From IMG/VR virus record IMGVR_UViG_3300005918_000012: a DNA stretch of 64,000 bases; one strand, given 5' to 3'. Below, piece after piece: positions 18,931 through 26,853 of the stretch. Positions within the stretch are counted from its first letter, which is position 1. Each line of letters opens with the position of its first letter. This stretch comes from a virus. The translations under genes and the position numbers were made by a program. The notes under the pieces were generated by a model. The model saw only the letters and a program-made list of their open reading frames with translations, was not told where the DNA came from and did no database searches.

Positions 18931-19925
18931 ACCCAGAGAATGCTTTAGAAGAGTGGCAAATGAAAACCCGGTCTGGTTACCCATTGGATCTTAAAATTCA
19001 AATGAGTCTTAGCCGGATTAGAAGTTGGTACGAACACCACCAAGGTAAAGTATCAGTGTCGTATTCAGGAGGTAAAGATTCCTCCGTCCTACTTCATCTG
19101 GTTCGTCAGTTGTATCCTAACACTCCGGCAGTATTTTGTGACACAGGATTAGAATACCCTGAAATCAGGAGGTTTGCCAGAGAAACAGAGAATGTAATTG
19201 TCCTCAAACCTAAGATGAACTTTCAAGAAGTTGTTAAGAAGTATGGATGGCCAGCTGTATCTAAACGGAATGCTCAGTATATCCATGAGGCTGGGTGTGG
19301 TTCTATTGGTTCGGCTACCCACACCCTCCGCTTAACAGGAATGACAAGCAAGGGTGAGTATTTATCCTTGGGCAAAATACCTAACAAGTGGTTGTATTTA
19401 GTAGATGAGGTTCGAGCTGGAAACCTGAAGATAAATCACCGTTGCTGTCATGTTATGAAGAAAGCACCTTTACATAAGCATATTAAGGAAACGGGACAGT
19501 ATCCTTATGTCGGAGTCACAGCAACAGAGAGTAAAGACCGAGAACTATCTTGGAAAAGGTTTGGGTGTAATGCTTATAATATGAAGAACCCGATGTCTCG
19601 GCCATTAATGGCTTGGACAGAGCAAGATATATTGCAATACCTTCTGGATAATAAGTTAAAGATGTCCAGTGTCTATGGTAATATAGTTAAAGATGATACA
19701 GGGAAGCTTTCATTGACCGGAGTATCCCGGACAGGTTGCATGTTTTGTATGTTTGGTGCTCATATGGAGAAATACCCAAACAGGTTTGAGAAAATGAAAA
19801 AGACTCACCCAAAACAATGGGCTTTCATCACTCAAAAGATGGGTGGTGGTAAAGTCTTAGACTTGTTAAAAGTTCCGTGGGGAGACCCAGAGGATTTAAG
19901 TGTTTTTGAAATAATTGATTCATAG
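18927..19925 (+). CDS. PAPS-reductase-family (PP-loop) protein
   Basis: SYSGGKDS, DTGLEYPE, CCHVMKK, RTGCMFC. Confidence 0.88.
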   Translation: MNPENALEEWQMKTRSGYPLDLKIQMSLSRIRSWYEHHQGKVSVSYSGGKDSSVLLHLVRQLYPNTPAVFCDTGLEYPEIRRFARETENVIVLKPKMNFQEVVKKYGWPAVSKRNAQYIHEAGCGSIGSATHTLRLTGMTSKGEYLSLGKIPNKWLYLVDEVRAGNLKINHRCCHVMKKAPLHKHIKETGQYPYVGVTATESKDRELSWKRFGCNAYNMKNPMSRPLMAWTEQDILQYLLDNKLKMSSVYGNIVKDDTGKLSLTGVSRTGCMFCMFGAHMEKYPNRFEKMKKTHPKQWAFITQKMGGGKVLDLLKVPWGDPEDLSVFEIIDS

Positions 19926-19963
19926 GTAAAAGAATGATAGTTATTACCGTAGCCCGAAAACCT
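19924..19963 (+). repeat. 40-bp perfect direct repeat at cassette junctions (second copy 20370-20409; diverged copy about 25161-25200)
   Basis: AGGTAAAAGAATGATAGTTATTACCGTAGCCCGAAAACCT. Confidence 0.85.
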
Positions 19964-20383
19964 ATTTCAGGTTCTGTGGTGGGAAACATAGTCCAATGGG
20001 GTACTTGTGGACTCAATATTGATGCCTGCCGTATCGGATATGAAGACACCCCTAACGTAGCATCAAATCCATTGTTTCGAACACAACAAGGATATTCATT
20101 CAAGCATGGTTCAGACCGTGGGGCAGCTTTCCAAATTCAGAAAAAAGACGGTGACATCAAGATTAACCCTGCTGGCCGTTGGCCTTCTAATGTGATTTTG
20201 GGTCAAAATGCTGTAGCAGCAATGGATAAACAGTCTTCAGTTACAAAGAACATAGTCCGACACATGAGTTACCAACGGTCAGGTGGAGAATTCATTGATG
20301 GGATACCTTCTCAACCTGAGAAAGGCTGGCATGTGACTGAACCTAACAAACCTTCCAGATTCTTCAAGCAGGTAAAAGAATGA
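19934..20383 (+). CDS. stand-alone methyltransferase middle cassette
   Basis: MIVITVARKP...GTCGLNIDACRI...GRWPSNVI...SRFFKQVKE. Confidence 0.8.
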   Translation: MIVITVARKPISGSVVGNIVQWGTCGLNIDACRIGYEDTPNVASNPLFRTQQGYSFKHGSDRGAAFQIQKKDGDIKINPAGRWPSNVILGQNAVAAMDKQSSVTKNIVRHMSYQRSGGEFIDGIPSQPEKGWHVTEPNKPSRFFKQVKE

Positions 20384-23160
20384 TAGTTATTACCGTAGCC
20401 CGAAAACCTTTCCCGAAGACACTGGTGAGCAACATCCAGAAGAACGGGACAGGCTGCATCAACATTGATGCTTGCCGAATAACCCCAACAGGGGAATGGT
20501 TGGGTGGTGGGGACGAACGGCCTGAAACTATTGACAAGAAACAGAGTCATTGGAGTCAGCCGTGGATGCATCGTTCTGAAGATGCCAAACGTCATGCTGA
20601 AATGATGAAGGAAGATATCAAACGACATTCATTGATGGGTAGATTCCCTGCCAATATTATTTTGGAACATAACCCTGACTGTGTCTCTTTAGGTCTGGCC
20701 AAGATCAAAGGTTTTCCGCAAGTCAATGTTGATAAACTCCCTGTAGAAGAACGTATCCAATCTGGAGAACAACATGGCCACATCTGGGGTCGTGGTGTAG
20801 GGATTGGTGTGAAGGGTGTCAGCTATACCGTTGGGTTCGGTGACGAATCAGGTCAGGAATCCGTTGAATCTTGGGAGTGTGTGGGTGATTGTCCTGTACG
20901 GCAGATTGACGTACAGAGTGGCAACTCTTTATCTTCTGGTGGCCGAACTGCTAATATCTCTACTACTTCTAAAATCTATGGTGGTGGGAAAGGTTTGGGG
21001 CAGGATCTTTTAGCTGATGATGTGAAAGGAGACCCGGGCTACGGTGATTTAGGCGGGGCTTCCCGATATTTCAAACAGATAAAACAGGAGTCTAAATTGG
21101 AAAAAGGAATTAATGTATTATCTTTATTTGACGGGATGAGCTGCGGGCAAATAGCTCTTAACCGACTGGGCATTAAATATGATAAATACTTTGCCAGTGA
21201 GATTGATAAACATTCTATGGCCGTTACTATGCATAACTATCCCGACACAATTCAACTGGGTGATGTCACACAGGTATTTGCTAAAGACTTGCCTCAGATT
21301 GATCTCTTGATAGGTGGTTCTCCATGTTTTGTGGCTGGTACAAAAATCATTTGTGAAAAGGGTATTCGGTCAATTGAAGACATTTGTGTTGGTAATAAGG
21401 TGTTAACTCATAAAGGTCGTTACAAGAAAATTATAAGAATAGGTAATGATAGTAAGCCATTATGCACTTTATTAAGTCAAGGGGCCACTGAAACTACAAC
21501 TACAGCCAATCACCCCTATTATGTCAGAACACGAAAAAAATTATGGAATAACAATAAAAGAACTTATGAATGGGTTTTTAGTGATCCTGAATGGGTAGAG
21601 GTTTGTGATATAAAAATTGGTGATTATATTGGGACACCGATCTTGAGAACTGAAAAAAACCCTTTAAACTTGTCTTCTGATGAATGTTATTTATTAGGGC
21701 TTTATATAGGAGATGGACATACGAGAAAAGACTACAGGACCTCAGAAAACCGACCTAATGATAGACATTGGCAGTTAATTATATCGGTAGGGAAACACGA
21801 AAAGGTTTCATTTAAGAAGAATATAAAACTAAAACATTCTTTTTACGAACATACCAAAAGTGTTTACAGGGCTGTTTTTTCCAGTAAACACCTAGTGAAA
21901 ATAGCGGAGAAACATTGTGGGGTAGGGGCTAAAAACAAATATCTGTCTAAAATGCTGTTGGATTTACCAAAACCTTTATTAGAGAAAGTTCTGGAGGGTT
22001 ATCTTTTTGCAGATGGTAGTTGTAGAAGAGAAACCTATAGGACCACAACAATTTCCAAGAGTCTGGTAGAAACTTTAGCATTAGCAGTAGCAAAAGTATA
22101 TAGGACAACTTGTTCTATCGAGTATACAGTTAGACCTGCAAAGACCATCATTGAAGGACGTGTTGTAAACCAACAAAACACATATACAATAACTTACAGG
22201 AAATACCATACAAAACAATCTCGTGCTTGGGTCATTGAGGATGTAGTATGGAATCCAGTGAAGAAAATAAAAAATATAGGGGTAGTAGATACCGTTTATA
22301 ACCTTGAGGTGGGTAAAGATAACTCCTATGTGGCTAATAACCATATAGTACATAATTGTCAGGGGTTCAGTTTTGCTGGGAAGCAGTTGAATTTCAAAGA
22401 CCCTCGGAGTATGTTGTTCTTTGAGTTCGTTCGATTGCTCCGAGAATGCAAACCTAAATACTTCTTGTTAGAGAACGTCAAGATGAAACGAGAGTATGAG
22501 TATGCTATCACTGAGCTGTTAGGTGTAAGCTGTGCTCGAATCAATTCCAACCTTGTATCAGCTCAGAATCGTTCCCGTTTATACTGGACAAATATTCCAG
22601 GTGAAGGTGATTACGTTATTGGGAGTTTTATTGATCAGCCCGAAGACAAAGGAATCCTTCTTCAAGATATTTTGGAAGATAACCAGTTAAAAGAACCAGT
22701 GGTCTTGAGACCTGCTCGAAGTGAAGAAGGGAAAAGGATACGGAAAGAACATCAAGCTACACACGGTACTGATTATACTCCGTTCCAAGCTAAAGTCCAA
22801 CTCCCTAGGACTGATGGGAAAGCAAATTGCCTTACCACTTCTCTCTTAGACAATAAGATCATTGACAAAGCATTATGGAGAAAGACAGAGGAATTCCCAT
22901 ATAAAGCAGACACTCCTTCCAGCCCGGAAGGGAAAGCTAAATGTTTGAGAGCCGAAGCTGGGGGGAAGACTAGAGGGATTGGGGTTTTCAATGAAGATAA
23001 AACTCAGTATCGGCTATTAACCCCGGAAGAATGTGAAGCTTTACAAACCGTCCCACGAGGATATACGTCCCCAGCTTCAAGATCACAAAGATGCCGGATG
23101 CTTGGAAACGGTTGGACTATAGATGTTATTACACATATAATGAAAGGTATGGAGCTATGA
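20380..23160 (+). CDS. middle cassette fused to a C5-cytosine DNA methyltransferase containing an intein
   Basis: cassette to about 21087, then VLSLFDG, GGSP[intein]CQGFS, LENV, QNRSRLYW, LGNGW; possible own TTG start at 21097 after AGGAG. Confidence 0.88.
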   Translation: MIVITVARKPFPKTLVSNIQKNGTGCINIDACRITPTGEWLGGGDERPETIDKKQSHWSQPWMHRSEDAKRHAEMMKEDIKRHSLMGRFPANIILEHNPDCVSLGLAKIKGFPQVNVDKLPVEERIQSGEQHGHIWGRGVGIGVKGVSYTVGFGDESGQESVESWECVGDCPVRQIDVQSGNSLSSGGRTANISTTSKIYGGGKGLGQDLLADDVKGDPGYGDLGGASRYFKQIKQESKLEKGINVLSLFDGMSCGQIALNRLGIKYDKYFASEIDKHSMAVTMHNYPDTIQLGDVTQVFAKDLPQIDLLIGGSPCFVAGTKIICEKGIRSIEDICVGNKVLTHKGRYKKIIRIGNDSKPLCTLLSQGATETTTTANHPYYVRTRKKLWNNNKRTYEWVFSDPEWVEVCDIKIGDYIGTPILRTEKNPLNLSSDECYLLGLYIGDGHTRKDYRTSENRPNDRHWQLIISVGKHEKVSFKKNIKLKHSFYEHTKSVYRAVFSSKHLVKIAEKHCGVGAKNKYLSKMLLDLPKPLLEKVLEGYLFADGSCRRETYRTTTISKSLVETLALAVAKVYRTTCSIEYTVRPAKTIIEGRVVNQQNTYTITYRKYHTKQSRAWVIEDVVWNPVKKIKNIGVVDTVYNLEVGKDNSYVANNHIVHNCQGFSFAGKQLNFKDPRSMLFFEFVRLLRECKPKYFLLENVKMKREYEYAITELLGVSCARINSNLVSAQNRSRLYWTNIPGEGDYVIGSFIDQPEDKGILLQDILEDNQLKEPVVLRPARSEEGKRIRKEHQATHGTDYTPFQAKVQLPRTDGKANCLTTSLLDNKIIDKALWRKTEEFPYKADTPSSPEGKAKCLRAEAGGKTRGIGVFNEDKTQYRLLTPEECEALQTVPRGYTSPASRSQRCRMLGNGWTIDVITHIMKGMEL
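21325..22356 (+). mobile_element. intein with LAGLIDADG endonuclease (344 aa)
   Basis: starts CFVAGT, ends IVHN; +1 residue is the catalytic Cys of the PC motif; GLYIGDG and EGYLFADG. Confidence 0.9.
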
Positions 23161-23435
23161 AAAAAACTTTGAAACAATATTTAGAAGATTGGCAGTCTCT
23201 GGAGAGTGCTGCTTTTTACATTATGGTGGTGATGGGTTTGGCTACGGACGACACCCCTGAGAGGTATCAAAAATTCCGACATCTTATAGAAACTAATAAT
23301 CCTCTAAGTGAGCTGGTTTACCCAATCCTTAACCAGATGATTGAGATTGGGATTCTGGACGAAGACACTGAACATGAGAATGGGGAACGAGTCAGATGGA
23401 CGAAGACACTAGACATGAGAAAGGAGAACGATTAA
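23157..23435 (+). CDS. hypothetical protein
   Basis: ATGA overlap, GGAG SD. Confidence 0.65.
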   Translation: MKKTLKQYLEDWQSLESAAFYIMVVMGLATDDTPERYQKFRHLIETNNPLSELVYPILNQMIEIGILDEDTEHENGERVRWTKTLDMRKEND

Positions 23436-24211
23436 TGACTGACGGAATCAAACTTGACGGTTATATGCCAGAACCTATGAAAGACGGACAATGGAGTTTT
23501 GAGGCTGCCTTAAAAGGCCGATTAGAAGATGGTACGGAAGATGTAAATCTCCGTGAGTTCTCTAGTCCTGTGCAGAACCAACGCTGGACAAGTTCTTGTG
23601 TTGCTCATGCTGTGGTCAAGGCTCTGGAATTAAAACGGATCAAAGAATATGGTCGTGATGCCCATGTGGATTTATCCATTCTGGCCGTCTATTATCTGGC
23701 CAGAGAACTCCAGCTCCCTCAGACAACGGGTTTAGATGCTGGCACTTATATCTCATTAGCTTGTGATGTCCTCAGACGTTGGGGAGTCTGCCCTGAGAAA
23801 GATTGGCCTTTCAACACCCTGAGAGTCAACCAGACTCCATCGTGGATGGCTATGAGGAAAGCTTATCAGCACAAGATAGCTGCTTTTTATCGAATCAAAT
23901 CCTCTGGGGACAACCGAGTAGAGAGTATCATTCAAGCTTTGAACAACGGAAACCCGGTCGTATTCGGGACAGCCGTTGGTAAAAACTGGAATCAATACAA
24001 GCTTGGAGAAGTATTATCCAAGCCTGATGCTATCACAGGCCGTCATGCAACCTGCTTGGTCGGGTATGAAAACGGTAAGTTCATTGGTGAGAATAGCTGG
24101 GGTAGCCATTGGGGTGATGACGGTTTCTACTTAATGGATGAAGATTACATCAAATGGGGTGAGACCGCCGACATCTGGGTACTTACAGCTCCTTGGGAGG
24201 AAGTGAAATGA
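23435..24211 (+). CDS. papain-like (C1) cysteine peptidase
   Basis: VQNQRWTSSC, HA, ENSWGSHWGDDGF. Confidence 0.88.
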   Translation: MTDGIKLDGYMPEPMKDGQWSFEAALKGRLEDGTEDVNLREFSSPVQNQRWTSSCVAHAVVKALELKRIKEYGRDAHVDLSILAVYYLARELQLPQTTGLDAGTYISLACDVLRRWGVCPEKDWPFNTLRVNQTPSWMAMRKAYQHKIAAFYRIKSSGDNRVESIIQALNNGNPVVFGTAVGKNWNQYKLGEVLSKPDAITGRHATCLVGYENGKFIGENSWGSHWGDDGFYLMDEDYIKWGETADIWVLTAPWEEVK

Positions 24212-24486
24212 GAAAACTATTTATTTTGATAATGGTCGTTATGTTGTCAGGAGTATCTTGCAAGACTATGCCGCCGATACCCATCGAACCGCCCGGTACT
24301 TCATCGTGTCAGAATGCTTGTGACAGATTGAAAATGCTTAGTTGTCCCGAAGGAGAAGATCTCCCAGACGGAACAACCTGTACGGTTTTCTGTATAGAGA
24401 CTCAGGAAAAAGGGCATTCTTTAAATCCTCAGTGCTTGAAAGCTATAGATACCTGTGAGGAAATCTACACTAAGTGTGGCCAATGA
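24208..24486 (+). CDS. small Cys-rich lipoprotein
   Basis: signal peptide ending GVSC; several Cys. Confidence 0.7.
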   Translation: MRKLFILIMVVMLSGVSCKTMPPIPIEPPGTSSCQNACDRLKMLSCPEGEDLPDGTTCTVFCIETQEKGHSLNPQCLKAIDTCEEIYTKCGQ

Positions 24487-24731
24487 TTAACTGGAAAAAG
24501 ATAAGTGATAATGAATACAAGGTAAGCCTTGATACTGAATCCTGGGAACTGTACAGGATCAGTCGGGGGGATAATTGGTGGCTTGGTACAAAGTACTCTG
24601 AGGTTTCCATGCAGTTAAAGGTAAAAAAAACAAAATCAGCCCTTACTGTAGCTGAACAGGAGATTATTAAGTATTACAAGAATAAGATCGTACAATCACA
24701 AAAAGTATTGGATGAAATAATCACATCATGA
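24483..24731 (+). CDS. hypothetical protein
   Basis: ATGA overlaps. Confidence 0.6.
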   Translation: MINWKKISDNEYKVSLDTESWELYRISRGDNWWLGTKYSEVSMQLKVKKTKSALTVAEQEIIKYYKNKIVQSQKVLDEIITS

Positions 24732-25174
24732 TTGTTATCACTGTAGCAAGAAAACCTATCACAGGGACTGTAGTAGATAACATCCAACAATGGGGTACGG
24801 GTGGACTCAACATTGGTGAATGTCGTATTGCAAGTAACCCCGGTGAATATGATATCAGACATTATACAAATGAGGATTGCTTTACATCTGTGGGTAAAGA
24901 AAAGAAAAGTAAATTTCAGGTGAAACCACAACCCTCTGGCCGATTCCCTGCTAACGTCATTTTTGAACATAATCCTGAATGTGTTGATAACTGTCCTGTA
25001 CGGCAACTTGACGTACAAAGTGGTATTTTAACAAGTGGTGGGAAAGCAGGAAAACAATATCTTTGGAAAAAAAACCACGGTGCAGTTACACTCGGGCGAA
25101 CAAATGCCGTAACGAGTCCTGTTTATGCGGATTCAGGAGGAGCTTCTCGTTTCTTCAAGCAGGTTAAAGAATGA
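24728..25174 (+). CDS. stand-alone methyltransferase middle cassette
   Basis: MIVITVARKP...WGTGGLNIGECRI...GRFPANVI...DSGGASRFFKQVKE. Confidence 0.8.
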   Translation: MIVITVARKPITGTVVDNIQQWGTGGLNIGECRIASNPGEYDIRHYTNEDCFTSVGKEKKSKFQVKPQPSGRFPANVIFEHNPECVDNCPVRQLDVQSGILTSGGKAGKQYLWKKNHGAVTLGRTNAVTSPVYADSGGASRFFKQVKE

Positions 25175-25785
25175 TAGTTATAACAGTAGCCAGAAAGCCC
25201 TTAAAAGGGGCTGTGGTGGACAATATAGTCCAATGGGGTACTGGTGGGCTTAATCTTGATGCAAGTCGTGTAAGAGGGCCATTAGGTCCAGGTGTTTGGG
25301 GAACCAGCAATGCTACTGTTCGAGATGATCGGATGTTCAACAGCTCCCCTGAGATGCGGGAGTGGAAGTCTCAACCTCATGATGCTGGTCGATTCCCTAC
25401 CAACGTCATTCTGGAACATAAGCCCGGGTGTCAGAGTACAGGCTCTCAGAAAATGAAACCTAAAGAAGGTTATCGTCCGAACCCTGTTAATGTTCAGTCA
25501 GACGGAGCTATACAATTCAGTCAGAAACCTCCAGGTTATCAAAAAATTAGTTATACTGACGATAATGGTTTGGAGACCATGGAAACATGGGAGTGTGTGG
25601 ATGGATGCCCTGTCCGTTATCTGAATGAGACAGTCGGTATAACTAAAACAGGTACAATGAAAAAGTGGTTTGACCCGGGAGAAAAAGGTAGAGTCTATGG
25701 AACACCCCAAGGTCGTTATAAGCAAAGTGTCGGCAATGAGGGCTATGTTTCTCGGTTTTTTAAGCAATTTCGGGTAAAGAAGTGA
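25171..25785 (+). CDS. stand-alone methyltransferase middle cassette
   Basis: MIVITVARKP...WGTGGLNLDASRV...GRFPTNVILEH...CPV...SRFFKQF. Confidence 0.8.
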   Translation: MIVITVARKPLKGAVVDNIVQWGTGGLNLDASRVRGPLGPGVWGTSNATVRDDRMFNSSPEMREWKSQPHDAGRFPTNVILEHKPGCQSTGSQKMKPKEGYRPNPVNVQSDGAIQFSQKPPGYQKISYTDDNGLETMETWECVDGCPVRYLNETVGITKTGTMKKWFDPGEKGRVYGTPQGRYKQSVGNEGYVSRFFKQFRVKK

Positions 25786-26417
25786 TGGCAGATGAACGCA
25801 CAAAAAGACGAATAGCTCAGATCAAGGACATGGTTCCTATTGCTCAGATTCTATTTGATTACGGTTACCCTGTAAGAACCGATGGAGAAGACCGAGAAGA
25901 ACAGTTCCCGTGTGACCTACACGGAGATGGTCACGACAACAAACCGTCAGCTCGTATGTATCCTGAGACCAGTTCCTTTTACTGCTTTGCCTGTGGTGTA
26001 AGTAGAGATGCTGTTGATTTAGTTAAAGCCAAAGAAGGTGTGAACTTCGGTGAGGCTCTCAAGATACTAGAAACTCAATATGATTTACCACATATCTCAT
26101 GGGAAGAAGGGGATTACGAAACAGCTCCGAAACCAGAGGAAGAAATTCTAGCCCTTCTCAAATATCCGGAACGGACGTTTGCTGATGATCTTCGAGTTTT
26201 CTTATCCGTGATAACTGGGGAAACTCAAGACAGATCCCTCCCTATGAGGGTAGTAGCTGCTTTCTGGGAAGGTGCAGATCAGGTTGCTTATTTAGTAGAA
26301 AAAGAAATTTTATCAGAAATCAAAGGTCGGGCCGTCATGCAAAACATGTTGGAACGATTACACAAAGCAATAAAAGAGGCCTCGGATGCTGGAACACCTA
26401 GTTCGGTTCAGTCTTGA
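25782..26417 (+). CDS. CHC2-type primase zinc-binding domain protein (no TOPRIM domain)
   Basis: CDLH...KPSA...FYCFACG...D. Confidence 0.8.
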   Translation: MMADERTKRRIAQIKDMVPIAQILFDYGYPVRTDGEDREEQFPCDLHGDGHDNKPSARMYPETSSFYCFACGVSRDAVDLVKAKEGVNFGEALKILETQYDLPHISWEEGDYETAPKPEEEILALLKYPERTFADDLRVFLSVITGETQDRSLPMRVVAAFWEGADQVAYLVEKEILSEIKGRAVMQNMLERLHKAIKEASDAGTPSSVQS

Positions 26418-26832
26418 TAGTGAGGAATGGGGTCATGTCCTCATCTTACGCCCCATCCTTTTAGATGGTGATATCTGGGGAGATTTAGCCTGCCTAAAAG
26501 ACACTCCTTGGGGTAAATTGATTCCTATTGTTTCCGGGGAGCATCTCTCTAATGCTCTGCACGGTTATGTGAATCCTCTAATGAACGAAATAGGGCCAGC
26601 TCCGCACGGGCTTTTAAAACAAATACCTAAGAAATTCAGGGAGTGTCAGGCAGCAAAAGAATGTGGTACGTATGACCACAAAGTTTGTTTCCCTTGTCCA
26701 AAAATACCGGACTGTTATATAGCTCCGAATGTTGATCAGGACTGTCAAGAGGCAGTTACGATTGTTGTATTAGCGTGGGCTGAAGGCAGGCATGTGGTTC
26801 TTGTTGAAGGTGAAGAATTTAGTTTAGGGTAA
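26386..26832 (+). CDS. Cys-rich hypothetical protein
   Basis: ORF with C-terminal Cys cluster. Confidence 0.65.
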   Translation: MLEHLVRFSLDSEEWGHVLILRPILLDGDIWGDLACLKDTPWGKLIPIVSGEHLSNALHGYVNPLMNEIGPAPHGLLKQIPKKFRECQAAKECGTYDHKVCFPCPKIPDCYIAPNVDQDCQEAVTIVVLAWAEGRHVVLVEGEEFSLG

Positions 26833-26853
26833 CATATAAGCAGGAGGTAATTT

